A stretch of DNA of 64,000 nucleotides, taken from contig NC_043008.1 in the NCBI RefSeq assembly GCF_006345805.1, positions 67,456,001 through 67,520,000 on the forward strand, in the 5' to 3' direction. The translations under genes were made by a program, and so were the position numbers. The notes under the pieces were generated by a model. The model was given only the letters and a program-made list of their open reading frames with translations, was not told the DNA's origin and searched no databases. Origin of the DNA: Octopus sinensis (Eukaryota). The stretch's first letter is position 1, and each line of letters opens with the position of its first letter. This document shows, in pieces, positions 12,848 through 27,809 of this stretch.

Positions 12848-13939
12848 GGCGCAGGGGTGGTTTCGTTGTAAGAAGCCTGTTTCCCAACTACATGGTTCCG
12901 GGCTCAGCCTTACTGTGTGGCGTCTTGGGCAAGTTTCTTCTACTATAACCTTGTGCACACCAAAGTCTTGTGAGTGGATTTACTGGACGGAAACTCAAAG
13001 AAGTCTGTCGTATCGCTTTTTTTTATCATGTACTTGCATGACTGCAGTCATGTTGGGGCTCCGCCTTCAAGAATTTATAGTCGGATGAATCCACCCCAGT
13101 ACTCATTTTTTGCTAAGCCAGGTACTTATTCTGTCGGTTTCTGTTGCGGAACCGCTAAATTAAGGGGACGTAAACACACCAAAACTAGTTCTTAAGCGGT
13201 AGTTGGGGACAAACAGAGACACAAAGACACACACACGCGTGCGCCAGCGCACACACATACATATACATATACAACGGGTTTTTTTTTTCAGATTTCGCCT
13301 ACTAAATTCACTCACCATGCTTTGATCGGCCCGCGGTTATAGAAGACACTTGTTCAAGGTGCCATGCAATGAGACTGACCCTGGTACCATATGCTTTGGA
13401 AGGAAACTTCTTACCACACACCCACGTCTGCGCTTATATATATGTGTGTGAGCGTGTGCATGTGTGTGTGTGTGTTTGTACGTGCGTGTGCGCGTGCACG
13501 CGTGTGTAAGTGTGTATGTGTGTGTGTGTGTGTGTGTGAGTGTATGTATGTGTGTGAGATTTTTAAAGTCCGTTTGTCCTCAGCCGCCGCTTGACAACCC
13601 GTATTGGTATGTTTATGTCTCCGTAACTTACCGGTTCGGCGAAAGAGGCCGATAAAATAAGTATCGTGCTTAAACAAAAATAAAAAAAAGATGATAACGC
13701 TGCACCACACCAATATATATATATATACACTACAGGCTTCTTTTAGTTTCCGTCTACCAAGTCCACTCATATGGCTTTCATCGACCCGGGGCTATAGTAG
13801 AAGACCCATGTCCAAGGTGCCACGCAGTGGGACTGAACCTAAAACCACGTGGTTGGGAAGCAAATGTCTTACCCCACACCCACACCTGCGCCTATGTGTG
13901 CGTGTGTGTGTGAGTGAGTGAGTGAGTGAGTGAGTGAGT

Positions 13940-14002
<63 letters not shown>

Positions 14003-14255
14003 TCTTTGTGTCTTCGTGTTTGTCCGCGACCACTGCTTAACAACCGGTGTCGATGTGTTTATGTCTCCACAACTTAGCAGTTCGGTAAAACAGCCCGATA
14101 AAATAAGAATCAGGCTTAACAAAAAATAAATAAATAAATAAATAAATAAAATAAGTACTGGGTCGATTCATTCGACTAAGAAAAGCAAAATTCTTTAAGG
14201 CGGAGCACCAGCATGGCCGCAGTCTAATGATTGAAACAAGTAAAATACAAAAGAC
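12848..14255. mobile_element. Cluster of fragmented octopus OK/OR-type tRNA SINEs in both orientations
   Basis: Repeated blocks ggcgcagg..gtgtggtaag, cttgggcaagtgtcttctactatagc, gtgagtggatttggtagacggaaact and gcggttcggcaaaa..ccgata.aataagt. Confidence 0.8.
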
Positions 14256-14819
14256 AAAAGGTAACCGAACACAGTGCACCACACCAATGTGGAGCAACAA
14301 TTAAACTATTACTGTCTTATTTGTTATATTTTCTGCTCCTGTAAACGCTTACAGCATCTATGAATTAACAAGCTATCTGGCCATATGTTCTTCTATGGGT
14401 CCTTTTTTCACTCTCTCATTATCTTTATCGTGTCTTCAACTTTATCAGTTGCTGAATCTCTCAATGAAAGTTACCTAAGGCCGACACTGGTGTACTTGGT
14501 CACTTAAATAAGACGGTATTTTTTACACCATCCCATTTGACTGGCAGACAATGAGTCACAAACGCACTACATACAATAGCTGGCTTACAAACGTACACTT
14601 TCTTCTTGAATCTTGTGAAAACTTCATCCCACTCATGTTTTTCTTGCAGACACCGACTAGACATTCAATCTAAATATTAACCTCATCATTCTAAAGAATT
14701 TAAGAAAAAGTGGGTCAGCAAAATTCTTTTTTGGGTTGGTGTGCAGCTATTTCTGTGACTTGCTTAGGAAATGAAACAATATAAAAAAAAAATTTGATGT
14801 CAAAATAATCTAATATTGT

Positions 14820-15187
14820 TTTCTACTCTAGGAACAAGGACCGAAATTTTTGGAGAGGGGGCCAGTCGATTAGATTGACCTCTGTACGCAACTGAGCGGA
14901 ATTTGAACTCAGAACAAAAAGACAGGCGAAATACCAATAAGCATTTTGCCTGGAGTGCTAAGGTTTCTTATTTCTTTACAGCCCACAAGGGGCTACACAC
15001 AGAGGGGACAAACAAGGACAGACAAACGGATTAAAGCCTGGTACCAATTCTATCGACCCCAATGCGTAACTGGTACTTATTTAATCGACCCCGAAAGGGA
15101 TTTGAACTTCGGCGGAATTTGCACTCAGAACGTAAAGACAGACGAAATATTGCTAAGCATTTCGCCCGGCGTGCTAGCTCGCCGCCT
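14820..15187 (-). mobile_element. Deu/Nin-like SINE copies (tandem or partial)
   Basis: Same head and core as 6255-6480; two different tail types are present. Confidence 0.75.
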
Positions 15188-15229
15188 AATAATTTAATTA
15201 ATATTAATATGATTATATATATATTTTTA

Positions 15230-15728
<499 letters not shown>

Positions 15729-16347
15729 ATTGTAAATTCTCGACTATACCAGCAGCACAATATCAAAAAATTTGAACGATACTTTATCCTTACGATTATA
15801 TTGAATGCGAATTGTCATCCGTTAGAGAAGTGAAATATGTATTTTTTAAAATAAAATTCACTACAACGATATGGTCATGCATTTGCAGTGGAGCGTAATT
15901 TTCCCTTCCTGCAAAGTTAGCCCAATGTTTTTGAAACGTGTGGTATTAAAGCAATGTTTTGACGTTGCCCAAACTGATGATAATGATGATGATGATTATG
16001 ATGATGACAATAATGTTTAACTATCCCTCTACATCATTTGATTGAGCATATCGATAATCAAAAGTATTCGAACATTGACCTTCGGGTCTTCCATGTTTGT
16101 TTTTTTTTTTTTTTTGATTATCCAAATATCCAGTGCGTCCTTTCTTTACCACGAGTAAGTGATTCAAGGAGATTTGGCTATTATTTCTGACTAGCCGAAG
16201 GATCACATTGAGTCTCCACCCTGACTAGCAGTTTATAGTAAAAGTAGCTTGCAAAGAACATCACTCGTTCGAAGTTATACTGAAATGTTCAAATATTCAT
16301 GTAAATGGCGAAGATCCTTAGGATGTGCAGTCATCCATAGAAGAAAA

Positions 16348-16697
16348 GTGGCACCTTGGGCAAGTGTCTTCTACTATAGCCTCGGGCCAACCAAAGCTCT
16401 GTGAGTGGATTTGGTAGACGGAAACTGAGAGAAGCCCGTCGTATATATGTATATGTATATATGTATGCATGTGTGTGTATATGTTTGTGTGTCTGTGTTT
16501 GTCCCCCTAGCATTGCATGACAACCGATGCTGGTGTGTTTATGTCCCCGTAACTTAGCGGCTCGGCAAAAGAGACCGACAGAATAAGTACTACGCTTACA
16601 AAGAATAAGTCCTGGGGTCGATTTGCTCGACTAAAGGCGGTGCTCCAGCATGGCCACAGTCAAGTGACTGAAACAAGTAAAAGAGAATAAAAGAGAG
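16348..16697 (+). mobile_element. OK/OR-type SINE, 5'-truncated
   Basis: gtggcaccttgggcaagtgtcttc...ggcggtgctccagcatggcc.cagtcaa.tgactgaaacaagtaaaagag. Confidence 0.85.
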
Positions 16698-17148
16698 TAT
16701 ACCTTCACATTTTTAGCAAGTTTACTGCGCATGTGCACTGGTCGCTATGCATTTATATTTACTCTACCATAACCTTCCAACTTTAAAGCATGCACATTAA
16801 AGAACTAAACAAATAATCTTAAGTTATAAAAGCAAAGAATTTGGCGAAGTATCATCTTTCTTTTTACCGTAAGTTTGATATTGACACGAAGATCCTGTTC
16901 TTCCGGGTTCACAACCTTCTTTACAATGGCCCGTTATTTGGTGACATGTTGTTCCGTTCTTACACCGACATTTATGTGTACAATCAAGACCGAATAATTC
17001 TTGTGGACATCCTGAAGAATTTTAATTTGAAAAATAAATAAAAACATTTTAGTTATCTTAAAATATTATTTTAGTGTGTTATAATTTGTAATTTGAGAAT
17101 ATTTTTTATTAATAAATTAATGAGCATATTATTATTATTATAACCATT

Positions 17149-17555
17149 AAGGCGGTGAACTGGCAGAATCATTAGCATGCCAGATGAAATGCCTATCAAT
17201 ATTTCATCTGCCGCTACGCCTGAGATCAAATTCCGCAGACATCGATTTTTGCCTTTTATCCTTTCAGGGGTCGATAAATTAAGTATCAGTCAAATACTGT
17301 GGTCGAGTGTCCTCCTCCCCACAAAAATCCAGGCCTTGTACCTATAGTAGAAAGGATTCTTCTTCTTATTATTATTAAGGTAGTGAACTGGCAGAGTCGT
17401 TAGCACGCTGGACGAAATGTTTAGCGGTATTTCTCCCGTCGCTACATTTCTAAGTTCAAATTCCGCTGAGGTCGACTTTGCCTTTTATCTCTCGGGATCG
17501 ATAAGTTAAGTACCAGTCATGTACTAGGGTTGATGTAATCGACTATTCCCCTCCT
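17149..17555 (+). mobile_element. Two tandem Deu/Nin-like tRNA SINEs
   Basis: aaggcggtgaactggcagaatc heads at about 17149 and 17376, each preceded by (ATT)n. Confidence 0.8.
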
Positions 17556-17654
17556 CTAAAGGACCACCACCAGTAACAGCCACAACAACATCAACAACAT
17601 TTCTCAAAATACACCAATTTTTAATTACTGTATGTGTGACAATATAATACTTAC

Positions 17655-17837
17655 CAGACATTTGTAAGTTCTCGATACAGGTGTTGCTTCCATTTATGTG
17701 CAACCAGTCAGTACTGATATCGCCCGTGCATGAAACGGTCGTATGAGAACTGGCGTCGGAACGGTTTGGTGAATTACGGTTGAATGTACAATTGAGAGGT
17801 TGATTTCCCATCGAAGTGATATAAACTGTTTTTTTAA
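17655..17837 (-). CDS. Exon of the lectin-domain gene (extracellular, Cys-containing)
   Basis: attaatttcag|TT...TCT G|gtaagt; encodes (V)KKTVYITSMGNQPLNCTFNRNSPNRSDASSHTTVSCTGDISTDWLHINGSNTCIENLQMS; phase 1/1 joins in frame to 12458. Confidence 0.75.
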
Positions 17838-18849
17838 CTGAAATTAATAGTATGTGAAATATGATAGCAGACCGCATACTGAAAATACTAGAAGAGTTAG
17901 AGAGTGTTATTAATTATTTAGTTAATCAATTTAAACGTTTGTATAAAGCTGATAAACCTCAATAGAGAAAAATTATGTAATACCTCTTATATATAAGGAA
18001 TGAAAAAAATTAAAAAGAAAAAAAGGTAGAAAGAAAAAAAAAATTTTCAGTTTTTAGGAATTTTTGTTGCGTAGTGAAACCTCTGCTGGGTTTTGAACCA
18101 TAGATTTCAGGTTTCTTTCTTATACAGAACCAGGACCTAATGTATCCCCATAAAAGGAAATGTGTCCATAAAAGATACTAACGCTTGTGTGAATATTAAT
18201 CGATCAATCAGCACTGGCTAACATTTGGCTGAGGAGGCAATCTTCAAAGGAATTGAGCGCGTTCTCTTGCCAAACAGTTCGGCCGAATATTGTAGAACTC
18301 TCGGGCGGACAGTAACAAAATGGTGAGCGAATCCAAATTTAAGCAGACCTATTCCAGGTTTGTGCCAGTCGTGCTGCTATTCCCCCGTATGATAATCTTT
18401 CGCCACTCCTACTTATTTACCTTGTTTAACTTAACGAGCTAGTGAGTCACTAAGCAATTTAGGTGGGTGGAGATTCATGTCCCTGCTTCAGCAAGTTGCT
18501 CTCTCTCTCTCTCTCTCTCTCCCTCTTTCACTTTCCATTTATAACATACATCGTACTCAACCAAGGGCCCCATCTTAACTTGTAGTGTTGAGTAATGCAC
18601 ATTAATTATATGCAGTGATTTAAATACCTTGCACTACTTTCGTAATGTTATCCAGCAACAAAAGTTTCGCAATTATTATATTCGCTGAATGTCGTTCCAT
18701 TACTTTACTGGATGCTTATTGGTAAGTATGCAAGATGCAAATTACAATATTTGAAAACTCAATCAAATTTTAGTTTGGTCATTGTCTTTAATTAACAACT
18801 ATATTTTAAGCTAAACAACCGTGCACTGATAGTGTTGCTCTACTCCATT

Positions 18850-19810
18850 TCTAAATGCAGGAACCGATGTCTCATTAGGCTGGAAAGTAGCTCTTTAGGT
18901 GTTTCAGCCCCTTCAGTTGCGAAATCAGAGCTACCAGGGCCACCCACATAACATCCATGACCTTTGTCGAATCATATGTTGTGACTCTGGACAAGATATT
19001 TCTCTTATTCTCGATAATCGTTCTTGCTGCATCAGTTATCCTTTCTCTTGAGCCAGATATATTGGCTTTCTTTCTCACATGACAAGATTGAGTCTTTTGA
19101 TGATAAAATGTGACAAGTGATATTTATCACCAAAGTCAACAAAAACCTTCTAAGTCCCCTCCTATTTCGGGTCATTCGTCTTTCTTACAGTGCATGTCTT
19201 GAAGCGTTCACCTTCCCTACAAAACTTAATGTTCCTAAGTTCCACTACTTGTGATCTTTCGCCATTTTAAATTCGTTTTAACCTCTCTACCATTGCATCA
19301 ACCATTACTCTAAGAACTTGGTTATGCCACCACGTGTATCTGTGCTCCACACCTAGTAGCCAATTGCAAAAAAATATGCATCATCTTTCCAATTTCGGCA
19401 CATTTTCACAGATTATTCGCTTCTCTTTTCTAGTACCTTTGGTTTACAGAACTAAGAAGCATATCATAGACGGAGCGAACCAGAAAACTGATTCTGGTGG
19501 TTCCTATGACTAAAGTGTTTCCCACTCTACCTTTCGTCTAACCACAAATCTCTCCCAAACAGTACACTGTCTTCTTGGCTACATTGTATCAGCATCATAT
19601 AGCGACTTTGCACCACCTCTTATTTTACTGACCTATTTGGCTACTGCAATGCTCTCCTACTCGTTCATGGCCTGATATGGATTAAATTCCTTGTTTCCAA
19701 GGCCTTTCTTATTGCGCTCTGTGTGTGACCCGCTATATCTCCATAGTGCAGGACGCCACAAACGTCTTTGCCTCAGAAACAATCCGCTTTCTTCCAGTCC
19801 TTATCTCTTG
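18850..19810 (-). mobile_element. Highly degraded RTE-type LINE
   Basis: Interrupted frames with RT C-terminal-like residues; no intact ORF. Confidence 0.5.
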
Positions 19811-20728
19811 AAGAAATCAACGAATGACATAATCGTTTAAATGGTGCAGTAGACTCAATGAATCGGAAGTTCTTATTTATGGCTGGTAGATCCTAGGAAA
19901 TAAACTGCGCCTCCAGCCATGATGATTTTTTTCAAAATCATTTTAAAAATGTCCTCTCTCTGAGAACGGTAATTATTGCATTACAACAAATAATGTCGTA
20001 AGCTCATTGAACAGCTTTCAGACTAATATACTTGTTTGTCGTCTTGTCGTAGCTAGAACAAATACTTGATTCTGTGTTCTCCACAGTAAGAGTGAAATGT
20101 AAAGATGAAACGTTATTGTTACCCTCAAAATTAATAACAAAATGAAACAGTTTTAATCATGAATCGAAACCAAAAGTTGCAGACTATTCAACACATCAGT
20201 AAGTTACCTCAATTCGCCATTCGATAGGATTCGCTATTCGATTATTGATATTGACATATTAATTCGATTTATTATAGCAATCACACTTTTTTTGTGAATG
20301 GGTGGAGATTCTTTAATTGCAAAGATTTTGCTAGAGTAGAAATTATAGTTGCAAGTGAGAGGTGTCAGCTACCTCGATTGATATATTTCATGAAAATTGT
20401 TTGCAATAGACGTTCATCAGAGAAACTCTTCGTGGTTACTAGATTTGCTAGAAACAATATCTGAATTGTTTTCAAATCACATCCAGTTTTATTTGATATC
20501 GAAAGTATATACCGGACTTTATAAAACTAAACAATACGAGATGGTCACGTCTTGATTGCCTTTTGAGACCGATCTGGGGCCAAACATTATCATCATTCTC
20601 GTCGTCATTGTTGTCATTAGCGTCGTTGTCATCGTCAATATCATCATCACCATCATCATCAACAACAACAACAACAACAACAATGTAACAACATCATTAA
20701 CAAGAACAACAATAAAGTATCTACCGAC

Positions 20729-20881
20729 CTGCTGGAGAAATATTAAATTTGACCCAGTTGATTCTGAATACATGTAGAAAGTGTATCTTTTGAGGGAGTG
20801 GCAGGCACGTAGCTCTTCGGTGCCGCAAATTCATAACCATGTAAGTTCTGACAGCAGTCGCAAAGGACACGTAAAATAAAC
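20729..20881 (-). CDS. Exon of the lectin-domain gene
   Basis: ctcaatacag|GT...GCA G|gtcggt; encodes (G)LFYVSFATAVRTYMVMNLRHRRATCLPLPQKIHFLHVFRINWVKFNISPA; phase 1/1. Confidence 0.6.
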
Positions 20882-21239
20882 CTGTATTGAGAAGAAAGAA
20901 TTTCTTCATCTCTGATTTGAGAGAGGAGTGCAAGAGAAACAGATAGTGAGAAAGCGAGAGGGATGGAAAGGAAAGAAGAGAAGGAGATTGAGAAAGAGAG
21001 AGAGAGAGAGAGAGAGAGAAGGAAAGAAAGAAAGAGAGAGATGTGAAGCGTTTACTTTCTTACATCACAAAGTATAAAAAGACGTGGAAACAGAGAAGTA
21101 TTGAAAGAATTCAAAGGCAACCAATGTTTTTGACTCATCGCCGCCATATTATAATTACTAAGTGCAGCGGATTAGAAGAATCAGTTGAGCAGCGAACAAT
21201 ATATTTTTATGTTGTTTAGTAATGCGTTTTTTAACTTTT

Positions 21240-21404
21240 ATTTGTTTCACTGCGGTCATGCTGGGGCACCACCCTAAAGGTTTCAGCCTGGTACTTATTC
21301 TGTTGCTGAACCGCTAATGTTGCGGAGACGAAAACAAACCGACACTGTTGTGAAGCAGTGGTGAAACGCAAACACACACACACACACACAGACACACACA
21401 CACA

Positions 21405-21441
<37 letters not shown>

Positions 21442-21515
21442 ACACACAGACACACACACAGACACGCACACACATACACACCACGCGCGCACACACACAC
21501 ACACACACACGCACG

Positions 21516-21578
<63 letters not shown>

Positions 21579-21740
21579 GGAATGTTTCGTTCAGTTTCCG
21601 GCTACGAAATCCACTCATAACGCTTTGGTCGGACCGAGGCTATAACTGTGACATTGACCCAAGATGCTGCCCATTGGGATCGAACTCAAGACCATATGGT
21701 TGGCAAGCATTTTTCTTTACCGCACAGCCATAACTGCCTG
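21240..21740 (-). mobile_element. OK/OR-type SINE, degraded, with (CA)n expansion
   Basis: Family blocks flank the CA tract. Confidence 0.7.
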
Positions 21741-21934
21741 TTTAATATTCATTAGTAAATTTTCAATACAGTTTAATAGGAATGAAATCACACTGCCTTT
21801 GATCGTCGCTTACCCTTCGGGTGGGAAGAGTAGAAGTTCCACGTAGTTGGTGGGGGTGAACTGTTTCCACAGATAATCAAACAACTGTTGGACATGTGTG
21901 AAAGGCAGTTGAAACATACGGGTATATCGGGTAT

Positions 21935-22319
21935 ACTCTTTTACTCTTTTACTTGTTTCAGTCATTTGACTGCGGCCATGCTGGAGCACCGCCTTTAGTC
22001 GAGCAAATCGACTCCGGGACTTATTCTTTGTAAGCCCAGTACTTATTCTATCGGTCTCTTTTGCCGAACCGCTAAGTGACGGGGACATAAACACACCAGC
22101 ATCGGTTGTCATGCAATGCTAGGGGGACAAACACAGACACACAAACATATACACACACATACATATATATACATATATACGACAGGCTTCTTTCAGTTTC
22201 CGTCTACCAAATCCACTCACAAGGCATTGGTCGGCCCGGGGCTATAGCAGAAGACACTTGCCAAGATGCCACGCAGTGGGACTGAACCCGGAACCTTGTA
22301 CCACACAGCCACTCCTGCG
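21935..22319 (-). mobile_element. OK/OR-type tRNA SINE, best-preserved copy
   Basis: gcaggagtggctgtgtggt..ttccgggttcagtccc head through to an (AAAAGAGT)n tail. Confidence 0.9.
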
Positions 22320-22529
22320 TGTGTACATGTACGCGCATATATGTGCATGTGCGCGCGCATGTTTGTCACCACGTTGACGTCCAATTGGCAGCTGACGAGG
22401 AATTTTCTCTGGTTATACTGAATATGTTTTCCCTTCTCTCATTAATGTTTCTGTTCGTTGTTGATTTGTTTTACTTATGTAAAGCAATGCAAGGTCTTAT
22501 TATATATTTTAGTGTTCCTTGGTAAAACT

Positions 22530-22700
22530 GTTATATAAAATCCGTTCTGGCTGTCTGTGTGCGTGTGTCTTCTAGGATCTCGGGCATCCTCCATCCGATT
22601 GCGCTCAAATTTGATATGTAGTTGTCGACGGTATCAGGGCGTGTATAAGTCTTGAAAAAATTACAAAAATCGATTCCAGGTAAGAATGCGATTTGCTTTA
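22530..22700 (+). mobile_element. Non-autonomous Helitron-like 5' fragment
   Basis: tatataaaatccgttctggctgtctgtgtg...ccgattgcgctcaaatttg, a typical Helitron-N 5' architecture. Confidence 0.5.
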
Positions 22701-24411
22701 AATGTTTGACAACTCAGCACCGTCCATTGGACGGGGAGCGTTTTGCACGTAGAGTATATATTTGGGACCAGTTCCAAAATTAATTGCATCCATACGACCG
22801 CATATTGTGATGAAATAAATATACCAAAATTATCATGGGTGCCGAAGCTCCCATGAACACCTTTCTTTCACTCTTTTGATTTTCTCTGGCGTTTCTACTC
22901 TATGTAAGTTGGACCTATTAATAAAAATATCTATATATTTATACTTAAAAATTCATCATCTGAAAGCCTCCACCTTTTTGTTTCCTCTCGTTTTGCATAT
23001 GTTCATATCTGCATATTTCAAGTAAATACGTTTAATATGTTTAATATATTTGATGTGTCTAATTTGTTTCTCCGCATAATTGCTTCTACATTCACACGCA
23101 CACAAACGCATACACACAAATTAACACACACTCGTGCATACATGTACAACGGGTTTCTTTCAATTTCCGTGTACCAAATCCACTCGGCTCGAGGCTATAG
23201 TAGAAGACACCTGCCCAGGACGCCACACTTTGTGTATGTGTAAGTTCTATAATGTTTATGTCCCTGGAGCTATTTCTAATTCCTATTTGAATACGTGTGT
23301 GTGTGTGTGTGTGGGTGTGTGTATTGAGAAAATCGACGAAATACTTACGTCTTTGGCATGTAGGTCCAGAGTAACCAAAAATACATCTAGCCCCCTTGCA
23401 ATGCCCATCGTTATCGAAGTCACAGTCAGCGATATCGAAGCAATGACATTGATACTTCAGGCCAATACCAAATCTGTCAACTCTAAATAAACATCCAGCT
23501 GAAAATTAAAGAAACAAATGTGAAAAATTGTGATTTATCTTGCATTACCCATCATTCGAAGAACAAATTGGGTATTAATTTCAATATTTAATGTTTTGGG
23601 ACCTAAATTTGGTGGTGGGCTTTGGTCAAACTAGATCGCTCTCGGATCGAAAGGCGCCAGGAGCAGACAGAATCCAAGAAGAAGTGAGGAAAAATGGGAA
23701 ACATGACAAAGATATATACGCAGATGCCTGGCCTATGTATGTATATATGCCTCAGGCCTTCTCCAAAACCAGACACCAATATCTAAGCTTTGTGGGAACA
23801 TAGGTGATATATTATTTAACTATAGTAAACTTTTGTCGGACGTTAACCTAGGAAGATTTCAATAACGAGTGATAGCGATATGCTTGAATTCTGTTATAAC
23901 GAAATTGGGCTTATTAATACAGGGAATTTAGCTATTTAAATTGAAGATTGAGTAGGATTCTGATGAAGGGTACAAAATATAGGGTACCATGCTGGAGTAG
24001 TTGCCATAGATTAGGGGAAGTTATTTTAAAAACGTTTAGCGATTTTATAGTTGTCTATGCTACAGAGTTAGATTAGAGGAAATTGAAAACTGGTAGAATA
24101 GAAAAAGAAGTTTGTCGCTGAAACGTATTTGAAATATGAACAGCTTGGTAGGAAGTGAATCATTCAGAAGACCTAAAGTTATGGAGTATACCTGAGTCAC
24201 ATAAGAAATAGGTCATAGTACAAGAGTGAGGGGGATTTTGTTAACGTTTGTAAAACGTCATGTAGTGGTTTAAGTTTACGAGTCAGGAGTAGGGTGCGAC
24301 TTTGGATTTAAAGATAATATGCTTGTATTCATGTACATACATGTATATTTTCATATAATGAATAACATTAATTTATGTTGCGTAGTTAAGCAGCGGTAAA
24401 CTGAAATGTGG

Positions 24412-24650
24412 TGGAGGCGCGAGGCTTAGTGGTTAGGGTGTCAGCATTATGATCGTAAGATTGTGGTTTCGATTCCTGGACCGGGCGACGCGTTGTGTTC
24501 ATGAGCAAAACACTTCATTTCAAGTTGCTCCAGTCCACTCAGCTGGCAAAAATGAGTAACGCTGCGATGGACTGGAGTCCCGTCCAGTTGGGGAACACAT
24601 ACACCAGTGAAACCGGGAAACCGGGCCCATGTGCCTGGCTAGGCTTTAAA
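24412..24650 (+). mobile_element. tRNA-derived SINE with V-domain-like core
   Basis: Copy of 12532-12769; A and B boxes nearly intact. Confidence 0.85.
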
Positions 24651-25118
24651 AAAGGGGGCAAAAACAAAAACAAAAAAAATTGAAATGAGATAAAGTAAGC
24701 AGTACATGGCAGATATGTGATCGATGAATAGTGAAACACGCAGTATTTAAATTAAATGACAAAATTAGAAATATATTTCAATTTGCAAACAACAAATAAA
24801 CGATTAAAGAAGATTTATGAGATGCATTACAGAAAAATAAGACAAAGACAAACAGAAAAACAGAAGGCATTCCACTTACGGGGTGTTCTGGAACAATTCC
24901 TTTCACACATTTTGTTTCTTAAGGATTCGTCTCTTAGACAATCACCTCGCCTCCAATCACATCTTTCTTGCCCCGAAACAGTTTGTTGTCCTGAAACGGA
25001 GTGTATATTTTGACATTTTCATGAGGATAATGATGATAATGACAATGATAAACATACATACATACATACATACATACATACATACATACATACATACATA
25101 CATACCTGTATATATATA

Positions 25119-25187
<69 letters not shown>

Positions 25188-25309
25188 CTTATTTATTTTT
25201 TAAAAATTTTTGTTGCATGTTGCAACCTTTTCAATCGTCGTTAACTCTGTCCGTTATCAGAACTGCGTTCTTTTAGTTTGTTTGTTTGTTGGTGTGCATG
25301 TGTATACAC

Positions 25310-25340
<31 letters not shown>

Positions 25341-25665
25341 TGTATGTATGTATGTATGTATGTATGTATGTATGTATGTACGTATGTATGCGTGTGTGTC
25401 CGTTTGAATGTATGTATTCTGCATATTCATGTGTTTGTGTTCAAGTTTGTATGTGTGTGTGTGTGTGTATGTGAGTGTATTTGTGTCTGTACCTCTGTCT
25501 CCTTGTGTATGTGTAAAGCGTGCATGTGTGTGAAGTGCGCGTGTGTGTATATGCTCAGTCTTCTTTTGTGTATGTATGTGTGTATGTGTGTGTGCATGCT
25601 TGTCTGTCTTTATTACCTATACACCTATTTATCTACATATCTCTCTGTTTACTTACATGTCCATT

Positions 25666-25717
<52 letters not shown>

Positions 25718-25869
25718 TAATTTAAAATTAATAACAGAAGGGTAAAATTTATTAATCAAATTAATTAATTAATTAATTAATCAATTAATTAACAATTTTA
25801 CCAAGTAGATCGGTACATTAAAATTACCTTTATAGGTAAAATTATTCACATAATTTATATATATATATA

Positions 25870-26830
25870 CATGCCTCTACATAACAGCCCATTAACAAAT
25901 CTACCCGTGTATGTATAAACTGTGGGTATTGGGGTGTCCCTACCTTCTACGTATATCTCCTATGGAGTACTGGAGATATTTCATTTATGATGAGGACGTA
26001 CTCCTGTATTTGTCTGGGTGTTGGGTCCTTCATATGCTTGGATAAAACGTGGATGTTAAGTCGACCTAATGCTGGTCTTTGACATATTGGTAGAGTATGG
26101 AGGATTGCTTTTTATCGTCATATTGTCTCAAATGTACATTTAATCTCTCTGCAATGCTTCTAGATATCTCACCAATGTATGTCATGTTCTTGTCTTTACA
26201 AGCACTCTCTATGCACCTTATACTGTAGATTACATTTCTAGTTCTACAGTTAATGCCAGGATTAATCTTACATAACATGTAGTTCTTATTGGTGCATGTG
26301 GTATTCTCAAAGGGGTACGTCCTACATAATTGTGATCTGATGGAGCTCCCTGGTTTTTCAACGATCTTAATGTTGAGTTTGGCCTCCTTCAGAGCTTTCC
26401 TAAATATTCGGGCTAGTTCTTCATGGGCTGTGGCCTCTGCAAACGTCACTCTTTGATATTTTTCGGGAATGTACCATGTGTTCACCCTGTTTTCTTTGTC
26501 ACAAACTCTCTGTATCCTATTCTAGTCTTTTCTTCTGTACTTAGGGCAGGTATCAGTGGTTTCATTATATATAATGCTAACTTCTTACTCGCTTCCTTGT
26601 ACACCCGAACCCTGTCTTTCTGGTCATATCCATTTCATGCGGTGCATGGCATTCTGTACATGTTTCTTTGTTTCATCGGGCTCGCATAGTGAAAACTCGT
26701 TATTCATTATCCAAACTAAGTCTGCTATCCGTGTGTTGATTTTCATGTTGTGTGACAAAGCTGAATTCTTATGAGCAATATATTTAGAAGCTATGGGTTT
26801 CATGTAATAAGAGTGGAAGAGCTGAACTCT
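25870..26830 (-). mobile_element. Penelope-like element (RT C-terminus plus GIY-YIG)
   Basis: FHSYYMKPIAS...HKNSAL; CRTRNVIYSIRC...TYIGEISRSIAERLNVH. Confidence 0.88.
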
Positions 26831-27480
26831 GCTGTTCACGGTCTCTATCCAAAGTTCAGTATCAAGTACAGGGAGTCTATTGTTAGAGTGCCTAATGAGT
26901 GGGATTACGTAAGCAGGAACCCGTTTAGTGAGGATGAACGCGTCACTTCTGGCGTTCCAAGCTTACAGAGACCGGATTAGCAAATTAGTTAAGCGGGTGT
27001 TAACAGGGTAGATACTTAACAATAAATGGTGGTACGCCCTGAAAAGGGCAATTAGAATAGAATCGTTTATGTTTAACAAAGCACCACAGAAAAATAGAAT
27101 AGAGGGAAACTTAGTTAGGAACTTAGAAGAGGAGCTTAGGAGAGGCATTATAACCGACGTGCTGGCAGTGAGTTTGGTCCTGGACCAATTCTTCAACGCT
27201 ATACACGAAGGATACATTGTCAGAGCCAAGGCACGTGTTCTAAGAAACGATGGAACTAAAGCCGTTTCATGAGCCCGAGTGGCAGGGCCTCAACGTGGCA
27301 ACAAAGCTACAAATCGGTCTTTGGTGGACTAAAGTGGGCGAATGTGTGCGGCATTTCAGCGTTAATTCATCCAACTATTTGGGGTGTGGGGTGGCGATCC
27401 GGAACGCAGGATAGGCTTTAGTGCCTACCTCGACGGCGTGTCACGATTCTCGGCAGGTGGAGCAAGTCTTTGCGAAATGA
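26830..27480 (+). mobile_element. Tx1/L1-clade LINE ORF2 fragment
   Basis: NKWWYALK...LDQFFNAIHEGYIVRAKARVLRNDG; homologous to the element starting at 31313. Confidence 0.7.
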
Positions 27481-27484
27481 AGAC

Positions 27485-27712
27485 GTGAATTATTCAAACT
27501 CCAAAGAATCCCTCTCAACATATGGCTATGATGCTCCCCACTACTTCTGCTCGTGATCAGAGATGTACATATCATCAGCCACTAAGAGACATGCTCAACT
27601 GGTTAAGGTTAAACAACTGACAAGCAAATCTGTGGTATTGAGCAGAATATTTGCTGTACCCCATCTTTTATACCAAGTAACCCATCCTGCTCAAAAGGTC
27701 CCTGAATAAGGG

Positions 27713-27714
<2 letters not shown>
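27485..27714 (-). mobile_element. Rearranged partial copy of the 556-bp (TAA)n-associated element
   Basis: An internal segment is followed by an out-of-order segment ending gaataagggtt|(TTA)n. Confidence 0.85.
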
Positions 27715-27808
<94 letters not shown>

Positions 27809-27809
<1 letters not shown>

